DNA of 64,000 nt from Neoconidiobolus thromboides FSU 785 (Eukaryota; Fungi; Entomophthoromycota), in NCBI GenBank assembly GCA_025603075.1, contig MU626298.1, positions 62,001 through 126,000 of the forward strand, read 5' to 3'. Below are positions 52,631 through 63,905 of this stretch, one piece after another. Position 1 is the first letter of the stretch. Each line of letters opens with the position of its first letter. Both the position numbers and the translations under genes were made by a program. The notes beneath the pieces were generated by a model. The model was not told the DNA's origin. It saw only the letters and a program-made list of their open reading frames with translations, and ran no database searches.

Positions 52631-53788
52631 ATGATTGAGATTACCAAACTTATTGTTTACCCTATTAAATCATGTGCTGGACTTGAAATAGATGAGATTG
52701 AATTAGACAAGCGTAAGAATTGAAGAATAGTTGCCAAATATGAAAGTATATTAAAAATGATTAATTAGATGGCCTTAAGTTTGATAGATTATATACAATA
52801 ATTGACGAGAATAATACCATAATTAGAGCTACTGAATATCCAAAAGTAAAAAATAATGTAAATTGGATATCCAATTCATTAATAGTTTAAGTTATACAGC
52901 ATAAAACCTAAGTTGATTGAAGATAACGATCATACTTTAATTAAAGTATATGTGAAAGACGATGAAAATAATAGTATCATTTTAGACCCAAACACGAAGT
53001 AAATAAATTATGATGTAAAAGTTAAAAATTGACAATATATAATACCTATTTAAATAGTGAATATGGTGACGAGATTTATTTAGATTTTTACGAGGCTAAA
53101 AATATTCATGGATATAAATTAAATGACAAAATCGATGACTGGTTTTCAAGAAATTTAGGTATGAAAGTTAAGCTAATCATTAAGGGAGACAAGGTCCGTC
53201 CAGTTGATTATGTCAACTTTGATAAGGAAGAATTTAAGAATACTCCTACAGAGGTAAGTATATTATTATATTTGTGATAAAATTATAATACAAATACAAA
53301 CCATTAATATATTCAGATCGCTTTTTCTAACAGATACCCAATATTAATGTTAAGTGAAGAATCTGTAAAAGAATTACAGGACAAATTACGTGAAGAGAAT
53401 AAAGATGTGAATGTAGACTATCGAAATTTTCGACCAAACATAGTAATTAAAGGAGTCAATGAACCACATAAAGAGGATGATTTTTTAGTAGCAAATGTTA
53501 ATAATGATATAAAATTATATTTTGATCTTCCATGTGCCCGTTGTCCATTCCCTAATGTTAATCCAGATACTGGTATTAAGCATACGTTGGAACCCTCAAA
53601 GACACTGTCCACATATCGTCGAACTTTTAAGAATATCAACAAATATAGATCCTTCTTTGGAATTAATGCTATCCCATTGTCCTATGGTAAATAATAAACT
53701 ATTGAAAATATATATTCGATTAATTTCTATAGGTAATCTTAAAATCGGGCAAGATATTAACGTTGAATCTTGGTCAAAAAAGGACTGA
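52631..53788 (+). CDS. MOSC-domain (mARC/YcbX-like) protein, copy 1 (multi-exon)
   Basis: MIEITKLIVYPIKSCAG (MOSC_N), FDRLY, NFRPNIVI and PCARCPFPNVNPDTG. Confidence 0.88.
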
Positions 53789-54139
53789 TTTAGGTTTTAT
53801 AAAATAGTATCTTGGAGCTTTAAATAAAATATTTTTAAATATTGGTAACTTTTAGTAAATGTTATATACGGAAACATTTATATACTGTATAAATAATAAA
53901 AATCAAAATAGAAAATATAAGGATAAAAGAAAGGAATTATGAATAAATTTGTTAATTTTGATGGTTTAAAAAAATTATTTCGAAAGTCAATTTCACTTTT
54001 CTTTGACTTTTTACTTTTGGAAACACTTATATTATTTAATTTAGTCAGTATATTTAGATAGATGTTAAGGATAAATGGATAGTTTATATTAAAAAGCCAT
54101 ATCTACACCAGCTATATCCAAAAAACTACCGAAATTAAA

Positions 54140-55790
54140 CTTAGGAGTTTCCCATTGTTTACAATTAAGACCAAGTTAGATAGTATGTTTTTGTAATAAC
54201 ATTAAGGGTATGACTCTTTGTTCAATTAAAGAAAAGCTTAATATAATGCCTAGAAACTCAATTAATATTTATATATTTATACTAAAATTTAAAATCATAC
54301 ATGTTCTTATTCTAATGCCAAATGGTACCTGCACAGTTGATTTAACGGTGCGAGGGTCTCTAAATATATCCAGATTAAATTTTTTGGGCTTTGGAAAATA
54401 CCTGGGGTTTTGGTCATGAAAGTATATAGGCAATGTAACCATATTCCCCTTTTTAACTTATGTACCATCACTTAAAGTTACATTTTTAAGAGCATATTCC
54501 CTTACTAAAATTACAACTAAAGATATATGGATACTCTCTTTAATGACACAGTTAATGTACTCTGACTTTTTTGTTGATAATTAGCTGGAGCTTTAATTTC
54601 ACTTGAATCTTCTAAAATGTTTAAGGCTTCTTGGTGAGCTTTATTCTGAATATCTTAAAAAAACCAAATATCTATATAATTTAGAAAAAATATTGTTTAT
54701 TTGATGTTTAGGTAAACAACATGGTGTTGAGTTAAGTGTGCTAACAGTGGTGCCTGACCAGAAACAAAAAGAACAGTCAGGTCATTTAAAGTCTCTTTGT
54801 TAGTTAAATCATTTACATCATTTTCTATGGGATCACGAATCACCAAAGAAACAATATCATCTTCTACTAGACCAGACTTAACTTCCTTTCGTTTAACATT
54901 TATAATTCCTTCTAAGAAAACTTTAAAATGTTGCCCTTCCTGATAACCATGCTTATGCGAGTCTATAAACTTGGGTACAAAGGGACTAGGGAAAGAGAAT
55001 GTAAAGAAAGTGAGATTAAAAGTGCCAAATATAGTTTCTTTATAATAAAGTAAACTTTCATCTTTTCAACTATTTTTTAGAGCAAAAGAGTCATAGCTAA
55101 ATATCCCACAACCTAAAACATTTAGAGCCAGTTGCTGCAGCATATTATCTATATCTGGAGGCAGTCTATTTTAAGATTCGATTTTATCAATAAGTTCATA
55201 CTCACTTTTAGTAAAAACTTTTATATCCAAAGACTTTTTAAAAGCTGGGTTAACTGTTCTACAATGATATCTCGATTTACTTTATCTGATAAAACAATAT
55301 TTAATTTACCAAAGAGTTTGTACCTTGATTCTCCAAAATCAACCTGGTTTATTAGGTTCTTATAAAAAACAAGAGTATGCATTGCAACTTCTTTAATTAT
55401 CATATAATCAGATATCATCAAATGTCGATATTTTATATATTTATATATCGTCTACTATTTCTATTGGTTTTATGAATTAATGAATTTTAGGTTGACATGG
55501 GCTTTGTCCAAAAAACATAGGGGTGTCTTTTTTCATTACTTTTTCCATTTCTTAAATACTATTTAAGGTAGATAAACTTACTAGTAAAATTCTTCAACAA
55601 AAAATATATCCCCATATATATATTTATACAAAGCTGATAAGATCAAAGCAAAAGCTTTTCAATACGAATTCTGGATTGGAAGCCAATATCAATTTCTTCA
55701 AAATTCAATAGCTAAATCATCGTGGTTTATTAGTAAATACAAAATTCAGTTTAATCTGAGGAAAAATAGCAATGCCATTAATTAGAAGTA
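54140..55790 (-). pseudogene. Cytochrome P450 pseudogene
   Basis: Manual translation gives VNPAFKK, QLALNVLGCGIFSYD, a degenerate I-helix LTVLFVSGQ, VTLSDGT*VKKG, HDQNPRYFPKPKKFN (PERF region) and a decayed heme motif PFGIRIRT|CIILSFSLIEQR. In-frame stops lie at 54458, 55066 and 55171. The 5' boundary is uncertain. Confidence 0.8.
55515..55617 (-). mobile_element. MITE family copy 11 (degenerate)
   Basis: GGGGTGTC...ATATATCCCC-ATAT with the reverse family core. Confidence 0.75.
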
Positions 55791-55804
55791 TAAAACAAAT
55801 GAGG

Positions 55805-56001
55805 GTATGGGGGTGTATTTTTTTGTTTAAGAATTTTATTACATCTTTCCACTCAAGTAGCGCTTAAAAAATGGAAAAATAATGAAACCAAAAAAAACAG
55901 TCCCATATATTTATGTTTAAGAATTTTACTAAGAATTTTTCGATTTAGATAGCGCTTAAAAAAATGGAAAAGTAATGAAATCAAAAAAAACATCCCCAAA
56001 T
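55805..56001 (+). mobile_element. MITE family copies 12 and 13 (a full copy plus a tandem 5'-truncated copy)
   Basis: 55805..55908 GGGGGTGT...CAGTCCC-ATAT is followed immediately by a second core ending CATCCCC-AAAT. Confidence 0.8.
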
Positions 56002-57294
56002 TATTTTTTCCGGTTCAAATTCGATTTAGAGTTCTAATCTTTGAATTAACTTAAGTTTTTGATACCAGGTGTTAAAAACTGAGGTGCCTATAGTTTGGGT
56101 TAAAGCTAAATAACTCAACTTATAATAAAGCTATATAAAAAACGAGCAAGGAAATGAGATGGAAAAGCTTCTATGAATATATTCTTTAGAATTCCTTTAC
56201 TTGATACTCAAACTAATCTAATCTAAGATGTAATAAAAAAGATAGGATTTTTTTAAAGATCTATGTCAAAAACTCTCTTTTACAATGTAATAAGACCTTG
56301 ACAGTAATCGAAAGTCAAGTCAAATTATTACGTATACGAGCGTCTTTTTTGTAGTATTATTTTATCCCTTTTTCTGAAGCGTAAACTCTCGAAGAATCAA
56401 TAGTTGTTGAAAAAGCATCCACATCCAACTTTTTACAACATTTTTGTTAAACTATTGAGCAATAGGAGTTTTTATATTTTACATTCTAATACAATATAAA
56501 ACCTATTATATTAAATTTTAAACCATATAAAAGTACTAATAATTTAATGTATGCTAGTTATATTTAAGTTTATTATAAGCTTAATAAAGCATAAGTTTGA
56601 AGAAACGGATTAAGTTGAATTAAGATTCAACTACTCTCCAATTTTAATTGATTGCAAAGTTCGAATTTAAGCGTATGTGCTAAGGAAACTCTCGTTTTTT
56701 TGATAAAATTGAAATTAGTAGAATAGTGGAGTTTTAAAACTAAATTAAGCTGTAGATTTTATATTTTAATTTTTTCTAATTTTTATAACTATTTGTCCAG
56801 ATTTTGATATTTGAAAAAAATATTTCTAGTTTCAAAATGTTTAGTAATAGAACTTGCATTAAGCTTTATTAAGATCATAATGTTGTGCTTTAAGCCTTAT
56901 AATTTTTTTTTGAAGGAAGTTATAATTACCATTTGTTTTAGTAAAACAATCTATACATCATACTGAAATTATGTTTCAATTTAAATGACTAAAGGTTCAA
57001 AACTTAGTATTTATCCCATCAAATTTTGTATTGATGAAGTATACAAGTATATGAGATTGAAGTGCAAAAAGTAAACATTAGACGGATGCCTTTGTATATG
57101 AATGTATAATAACTATTAACTAAAATTATTGTAGTTGGTATCAGGTATGATAAGTTATATATTCTAATTGACGGGAATAAGAATATTGTATTAGCTGTTG
57201 ATTATCTGAAGTAATACTAATATGATGAATATTATTCAATTTCTTAAATGATAATTTATGTGGACATTACCCAAATTAACTAAAGATGATAACA

Positions 57295-57392
57295 ATATGG
57301 GGATGTTTTGATTTCATTACTTTCCATTTTTTTAAGCACTATTTGAGTGGAAAGATTGTTAGTAAAATTCTTAAAAAAATACATCCCTATAT
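57295..57392 (-). mobile_element. MITE family copy 14, inside a MOSC pseudogene exon
   Basis: ATAT-GGGGATG...ACATCCCT-ATAT. Removing the element plus 4 bp restores the reading frame. Confidence 0.9.
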
Positions 57393-57548
57393 ATTAATTA
57401 AAGAATTTATCAAAGATAATAAAGATAGTTTACTATTTTGGATTCAAACATAACGTAAAAATTGCATAGTATAATGATATAATAGCAATACATTCTATAC
57501 AGTGAATATGGTGAAGAGATTTATATAGGCTTATACGTATCTTTAAAT

Positions 57549-57655
57549 ATATGGGGATGTATTTTTGTGCTTAAGGGCTTTACTAATAAATTTTCCACTC
57601 AAATAGCGCTTAAAAAATGGAAAAAATAATGAAATAAAAAAAAACATTCCCATAT
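57549..57655 (+). mobile_element. MITE family copy 15, inside a MOSC pseudogene exon
   Basis: ATAT-GGGGATG...ACATTCCC-ATAT. Removing the element plus 4 bp restores colinearity with MOSC copy 1. Confidence 0.9.
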
Positions 57656-58752
57656 ATCAATATAAATAAGCAAAATGAGGTTATTAATTAGTTTTCAAAA
57701 TACTTGGGGATAAAGTTGAGTTTAGTCGTGAGAGGAGAAAAATTTCGTCTAATTAAATGTACCAACTTTGATAAACAGATACATAAAAATGCTTTTATTC
57801 AATAAGACACATATATATTATTAATATTATTATATTAATAGATTCGGATCGCTTTTTCTAGTAAATACTCGATATTAATGTCAAACGAAGAGTATGTAAA
57901 GGATTTACAAGATAAATTACATAAAGAAAATAAAGACATGGATACAGATTATCATAGTTTTCAACTAAACGTAGTGATTAAAGGAGTTGATAAACCACAT
58001 AAACAAGGCAATTTTTAGTAGTATATATTGATAATAATATAAAACTACATACTGATATTTCATATGGTCATTGTCCTTATCTTAATGTTAATCTAGATGC
58101 CGGTATTATACATGAACAAGAACCTACCAAAATTATGTTCAAATATTATTGAGGTTTTCAAAACATCGTTAATATATATCTTTGTTTGGAGTTAGTGTTA
58201 TCTCTTTTCTTATGATAAATAAGATTGATTTAAATTTTGTTGTATATTTTAACTGTTTTTATATAATTAATCTTAAGATTGGACAAAACATTAGTATTAA
58301 GTCTTGTTCAAAAAAGAACCGGTTTAAAGTTCATAAAACAACCTTTTGAAATTTCAAATAAATTATTACTAAACATTAGTAATCTTTGTTTTTTTAAATG
58401 TTATATATATGGAATATATTCGCTTTTTTTGATAAAAAATAAAAGTGTAAGGTACAAATAAAGTCTATAATTAAAGGAAAGAAAAACATCAATTTAAGTG
58501 ATATAAAATACCAGTTTATTATGTAATTTATTGATAATATTTGCTATGATTTAATTGAAAATTTGTTATTAAATAACTTTAAAGTGATTTGGTGTTAAGG
58601 AAATAAACAAATACATCTTAACTTTTAAATAATGTCAAATAAATCGAATTTCATACTTTATGAATAAAATGAAAGATAACAAAATGCATTTATTCTCTAA
58701 AAGTATATATAAATAACAAAAAGGACTAAAAACAAAATAGCTTAAACTTAAA

Positions 58753-59904
58753 ATGATAACTATCTCTAAATTAATTATTTATCCTATTAAATCCTGTGCT
58801 GGTATTGAAGTAGAAGAAGCCAATTTGATAAAAAGTAATAATATATAAATAAAAATATAGTAAAATATAATTCATTTTATTAGGTGGTTTACAATATGAT
58901 CGTTTATTTACTATAATTGATAATGAAGATAAAATTATTACTGCAAGAACACATCCAAAAGTAAATATTATTAACTATTAGCAATAAAGTTAACTCAATG
59001 TTGTTAGTTAGTTACTATTCATCCCTCCTTTATTAAAAGAGACAATAAACAATATCTCAAAGTAATAACTTTGGAAAACAAAGACAACGAGTTATTGATT
59101 GACCTTGATGACGACCAGTAATTGATATAAAAATTATAAATGATGTAATAAATATACTAAATATATTAAAAGTGAACCAAAAGAGGGTGAAGAAGTAAGT
59201 TTAGATTTATGGGAAAGCAAAGATATTCAAGGGTATAGATTGAATGAGAAAGCAAATACTTGGTTTTCAACTTATTTAAATGAGCCTGTTTCTTTAGTTA
59301 GAAAAGGAAGTAAGCCACGTCCAGTAATTGATTTTTATTTACAAAAATCAGGCTTATTAGACGTAAACAGTGAGGTAAATTAGTAATAGTAGTAGTAATC
59401 AGTATGAATATTAATACGTTGTTTGTCAAGACTTCCTTTGCAGATGGGTTCCCATTATTAATTATAAGTGAAGAATCAGTTTTTGAATTAAAAGATCAGT
59501 TGCCTAAAGATAGCGGCATAAACGTAGATTATCGTAATTTCAGACCAAATATATTAATTAAAGGGGTAACTTCAGCAAATAAAGAAGATGAGTTCTCATT
59601 AATTAGTATTGACAATAATATTAAAATACATTGTGATATTCCATGCGAACGTTGTTCTTTGCCCAATGTCAATCCAGATACTGGTATTAAACATTCATTA
59701 GAACCTTCAAAAACATTATCAAAATATCGTAGAAATTTCAAAGATATTAATAAATATAAAAGCTTTTTTGGAATCAATGCTATCCCACTTTCTTATGGTA
59801 AATAACAATACTATTCAATATTCAATATTTAATATTTAATACTTTATTTAGGTAATATTAAAATTGGCCAAACAATCCATGTTGACTCACTATTAATCAA
59901 ATAA
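58753..59904 (+). CDS. MOSC-domain (mARC/YcbX-like) protein, copy 2 (multi-exon)
   Basis: MITISKLIIYPIKSCAG, YDRLF, TARTHPK, SFADGFP, NFRPNILI and PCERCSLPNVNPDTG. Confidence 0.9.
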
Positions 59905-59922
59905 ATATAATAAGAATAAAAT

Positions 59923-61264
59923 TTATTTTTGTATTAACAAATCTTTTGATTCAATTTGTTCTACAATTAAGGTATCTGGTGAACTGGCTTCCGAGTTAAT
60001 GTTTAAAGGTATATTACTATGGGTTATATGGTCATTAACATTATTTTTGTTAGATAACTTAATATAACCAAAGAATAGTAAACCAATCAAAGTAATTACA
60101 GATAACCAAATGGGTACCCAATAAACGTCTGGGAAGATCTTTAAACCAAAAATGAAATTGATCATTGCTAAAGTATAAGTAAAACGACCTAAATACCAAT
60201 GCAATTTATCATACCAGGGTATTTCACTACGATTATTATCATACAATTTATCAATAACGAAACCTAAAGTTAATTGTATAAAAAATAATAATGTAACTAA
60301 ATAACCTAAAAACTAAAAAAATAGATATTAATTTTACTTTCTTATTATAATTAAATTAAATTAACTTACTGAATGTGGATCATTAATAACAAACCCAGTA
60401 TGCACATTCATTAACACAATAGCTAAAATTGAAAACAACAGAGTAAATGAAAAGCACATTATATGACAACGGAACCACCACACACCTAATTGACTTTTAT
60501 AAAATTTAGCAATTGCTATAGCTATTGGTGGCAATACAACCCAAGCAATAAACATAAAAAAGCCATGCAACAAAATCAAAGTTGGTATTGAGTTGTCTTC
60601 TTCTTCTTCTTCTTCTGAAAAATGGGTGTGGTCCAATTCTTCCCCTTCTTTTTCCAATTCAGAAGATAAAACAAGGTCAAACATCCCCTTCTCTTGTTTT
60701 GAATTATTGTTATCTTTTAGGTTATATTTATACTCTAAAGTTAAAGAAGCTGTTTCTCCTTCAACTTCTCCTTCTATACCTTGAATTTGATTTAACTGTA
60801 AATCATTTAACAATAATTGATAATAGTAAGTATGGTTTTTAAATAGTTGGATAACATTGTCTAATTTTAATTTTTGAGAAGTTGAATTAGATTGTAAATA
60901 AACGGTATGATTTATAGAAGGAGAAGGCTTAGGCTCAATAAACTATAAAAAAGGAGAAGAGGTTAATGTTTGTTATTTAATATTTAAGACAAAGTTTTAC
61001 TATCTTTTGAGTTTCAAGCTGACATTCGAAGTAGCTAAAAGAAGAAGCATTATTAACATATTATTGTACTATGTAAATATCAATATCAACCTACCTAACA
61101 TTTTCAGCAAGTTGGATATTTAACTGGGAAGAAGTTAATAAATCTAAATTTATTAATTCAAAACAAAAATGTTGATTTAATGTACAGTTCTTTATGTTTG
61201 GTAAAAAAGCTGCTAGTTGAGTTATATGAAATAATACAATGAAAAATCGTTTCAAAAGGCTCAT
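59923..61264 (-). CDS. Cytochrome b561-domain membrane protein with an N-terminal extracellular region
   Basis: LILLHGFFMFIAWVVLPPIAIAIAKF..WWFRCHIM..DPHS..WYDKLHWYLGR gives the four heme-ligand His positions of the b561 fold. The putative signal exon starts MSLLKRFFIVLFHI; the 5' exon structure is tentative. Confidence 0.8.
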
Positions 61265-62108
61265 TCTTGGGATGAGTGTAATAAAAAATGAAGATATCAA
61301 ATAATTGAGATATTAAAAGCTTTTTAATGGATTTATTCTGGATGAGTATTTATATTCCTCTACTTTCTAAATACTAACTTGTTTAATGATACCTCATGCT
61401 CATTCTTCAACTTCTATTATGAATTTCTAATTTCAAGCTTAATTATTGTTAGTAAGTATTTCAATTACTCTAACTTCCATACTTTTTAAAAATTTTCTTT
61501 ATTGTGAATTACCGTTAGTCATTAAAAGACATTGTTTGGAATTCAAATTTGAAGTTGCTTTGTTTTCACATGAGTGAAAAAAGTAACGTATAAATAATGA
61601 TAAAAAACATAACGGTTATTGATAGTGAACTGATATTTCAATGTTAAAAAATAAAGCTGTTTTGTTTTCAGTAACTAACTAATGTTTTTTAACAATTTTA
61701 TGTTGCGAGAAAATGATCATAGTAAATCCATTTTTCAACTATAGCATTACCTTTTTGAAAGGTAATGAAACAAGTTGTTCAAAAGGACGTAATTAGTTTT
61801 GTAATACTATCAATAAAGCTTAAATTTATTAAAAACTTAGATTGTTTACTTTCCTTGTTTTATCAATATTAATAAATCATTAATATAGTAAAACTTAATA
61901 TATATCCCTCCATTTATTTTAACAATAAGAAAGCAAACTATGCAAACTATGATATCTAAAACATACCAATAATATAATAGCAATAGATGATATAACACTG
62001 ATATTTAAAAGATATTAATATAATTTATGCTAAAAATAATTTATTAGATGATTTATATCTTTTATACTTGGTTAAAGGGAATTAGAAAACTTATTAACAA
62101 CGCTAAAG

Positions 62109-62648
62109 TTAACAGCATTTAGATTTGGAGCTGCAACAGGCTGAGGTGGTTTTATCAGTGGTACATTCACATGTTTTTGAATCAGATTTGCAGGTTTCGC
62201 ACTTACACCCTACTTCACAGTTACATCCTTCTTTGGCACAGGCACATTTAGATTTGGAGCTGCAACAGGCTGATTTGGTTTTATTAGTAGTACATTCACA
62301 TACCTTTGAATCAGATTTGCAGGTTTCACAGTTACATCCTTCTTCACAATTACATCCTTCTTTGGCACAAGCACAACTAGTTCCTTTGTTTTCTACTTTG
62401 CGAGTTTCACAGTTGCAAGAAGCATCACATTTACAACCATCTTTGCTTCCAGTGCAGGCACAGATCTTGGCTAAAGCTTGAGCCTTTCTGGTTTCACAAC
62501 TGCATGAGCTGTCACAATTACAACCACCTTGGCTACCTGTACAGGCGCAGACCAATTCAGCTACTTGGGCTTGGCGAGTGGAGCAGTTGCATGCAGATTG
62601 GCAATTACAGCCATTGGTGTTTCCAGTACATTTACAAGTTTGAGGCAT
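62109..62648 (-). CDS. Long modular metallothionein (179 aa, 42 Cys)
   Basis: CxC-x4/7-CxC-x3-CxC modules with no aromatic residues or His. A TATATAAA box lies ~70 bp upstream on the minus strand. Confidence 0.9.
   Translation of the reverse strand: MPQTCKCTGNTNGCNCQSACNCSTRQAQVAELVCACTGSQGGCNCDSSCSCETRKAQALAKICACTGSKDGCKCDASCNCETRKVENKGTSCACAKEGCNCEEGCNCETCKSDSKVCECTTNKTKSACCSSKSKCACAKEGCNCEVGCKCETCKSDSKTCECTTDKTTSACCSSKSKCC
62116..62373. repeat. 129-bp direct tandem repeat (two copies) within the metallothionein
   Basis: 62116..62244 and 62245..62373 are near-identical and encode the two 43-aa modules. Confidence 0.92.
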
Positions 62649-63905
62649 TGGGTTATTATTTAATTGTTGGATTGATTTAAATTGAGATTTTTTAAAGTTA
62701 ATGACTATTCATTTGTTTGCTTTATATACCTAACGTTGCCTTGGGGAACCAATTTATCCAATCATTGATGACGATAAAAGATGGGAATGGTGTCGTAAAG
62801 CACAAATAATGATTGGCTTAATCCAGGTTTTAGTTGCTTTAAATAAGTCGAGAGGTTAATGCTATTGGTTGGAATAGGAATTGAGTTTGTAAAAAAATGA
62901 GTGACAAATTATCTAAATGTGAGTTAATATGGAATCCAGCCAATAGCATAAAATTCTCGGTCACTTTTTTCCCCAGCTCAAATGTAAAGATGAAATTGAT
63001 AACTTATTCTCTGTAATAGGGAAAAACAGTTAGATTGATTATTTATGGTTAAAATCCCCTTAGCAGTATGGTTTAGGTTTACTTTATAGGAGCTTAAACA
63101 TCTTGGTTTTGTTTTAGTTTAATACAATTTTTTGATTTCTTTTCTAAGATTGTATCAAATAGCTTATTATTATTTATGATATTCGTCTTAGCTTATTCAA
63201 ACTTCTAGTATTTTCGATCTAATAGGCATTATTAACCAAGTTTTAATAAATCATAAACATCATGTTTATCATTTAACGAAAATAACCTATACATTCTTCT
63301 TCCGCTCAGTAATTTATTAGTTTCATACTAATTACTATCACTTGGTATTTCTAATCTCATACTATTCGGCAAAAATAGTTCGTTTTTCACAAGTAAACTG
63401 AATATAACTTCTTTGCGCTATAATCTTAACTAAGATTGAATAGACAATTCAGGTTAAATAATGCAACAATAAGTATTATTTTTGTTAAATGCAGGGATAA
63501 CTAACTCCAATCAAACAGGCAATTCTGGGCAGAATGCATGTATTTAACTTTTTATTCAATAATAGTAACTGTTAATAAATCTCAAATCGTCATAGATTAA
63601 GAAACTTTAAAAGGAAATGGATTAAATAGTAGTAGTAATAAATACTTTGAATTTTTTTATTTAAACAGGTACTTTTACCCTTCTCTTTTCAAAAATAGTA
63701 AAGTTACTAACAGCGAGCTTATCATAAAGCTTTATTTGCACCTTCTCCGATATGTTTTAAACCATATAAATTGTTTTTGAATAATAAAATAAAGTGATAT
63801 AAAACATAAAAATGTGAAAATCCCTTACTTAAAATATTAACCTTCCCTTACCTTTCCTGGCTTTACTAAAGAGTTTTTGTTTTTTGAGAATTCCAGAAAA
63901 TAAGT

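Larger units (their letters stand above)
56985..58310 (+). pseudogene. MOSC-domain pseudogene interrupted by two MITEs
   Basis: MTKGSKLSIYPIKFC, YDKLYILIDGNK, PKLTKDDNN and IAFSSKYSILMSNEE are colinear with MOSC copy 1. There are stops and frameshifts, and the CARC motif is replaced by YGHC. Confidence 0.85.

Noticed and set aside
61563-61767. Two small hairpins (TTTTCAC/GTGAAAA and CATTACCTTT/AAAGGTAATG) between the b561 and metallothionein genes
   Set aside because: Arms of 7-10 bp in very AT-rich DNA are compatible with chance, and bacterial-type terminators are not relevant here.
889-62481. Short overlapping or antisense ORFs in the track (e.g. 889..1128, 12268..12557, 31949..33240, 36558..36848, 53418..53642, 60582..60842, 62125..62481)
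   Set aside because: They are shadows of real genes on other frames or strands, or they fall in MITEs or AT-rich DNA. The periodicity of 62125..62481 simply mirrors the metallothionein repeat.
62970-62990. One Ace1-like HTHnnGCTG site upstream of the metallothionein
   Set aside because: A single short degenerate match is expected by chance and cannot support a regulatory call.
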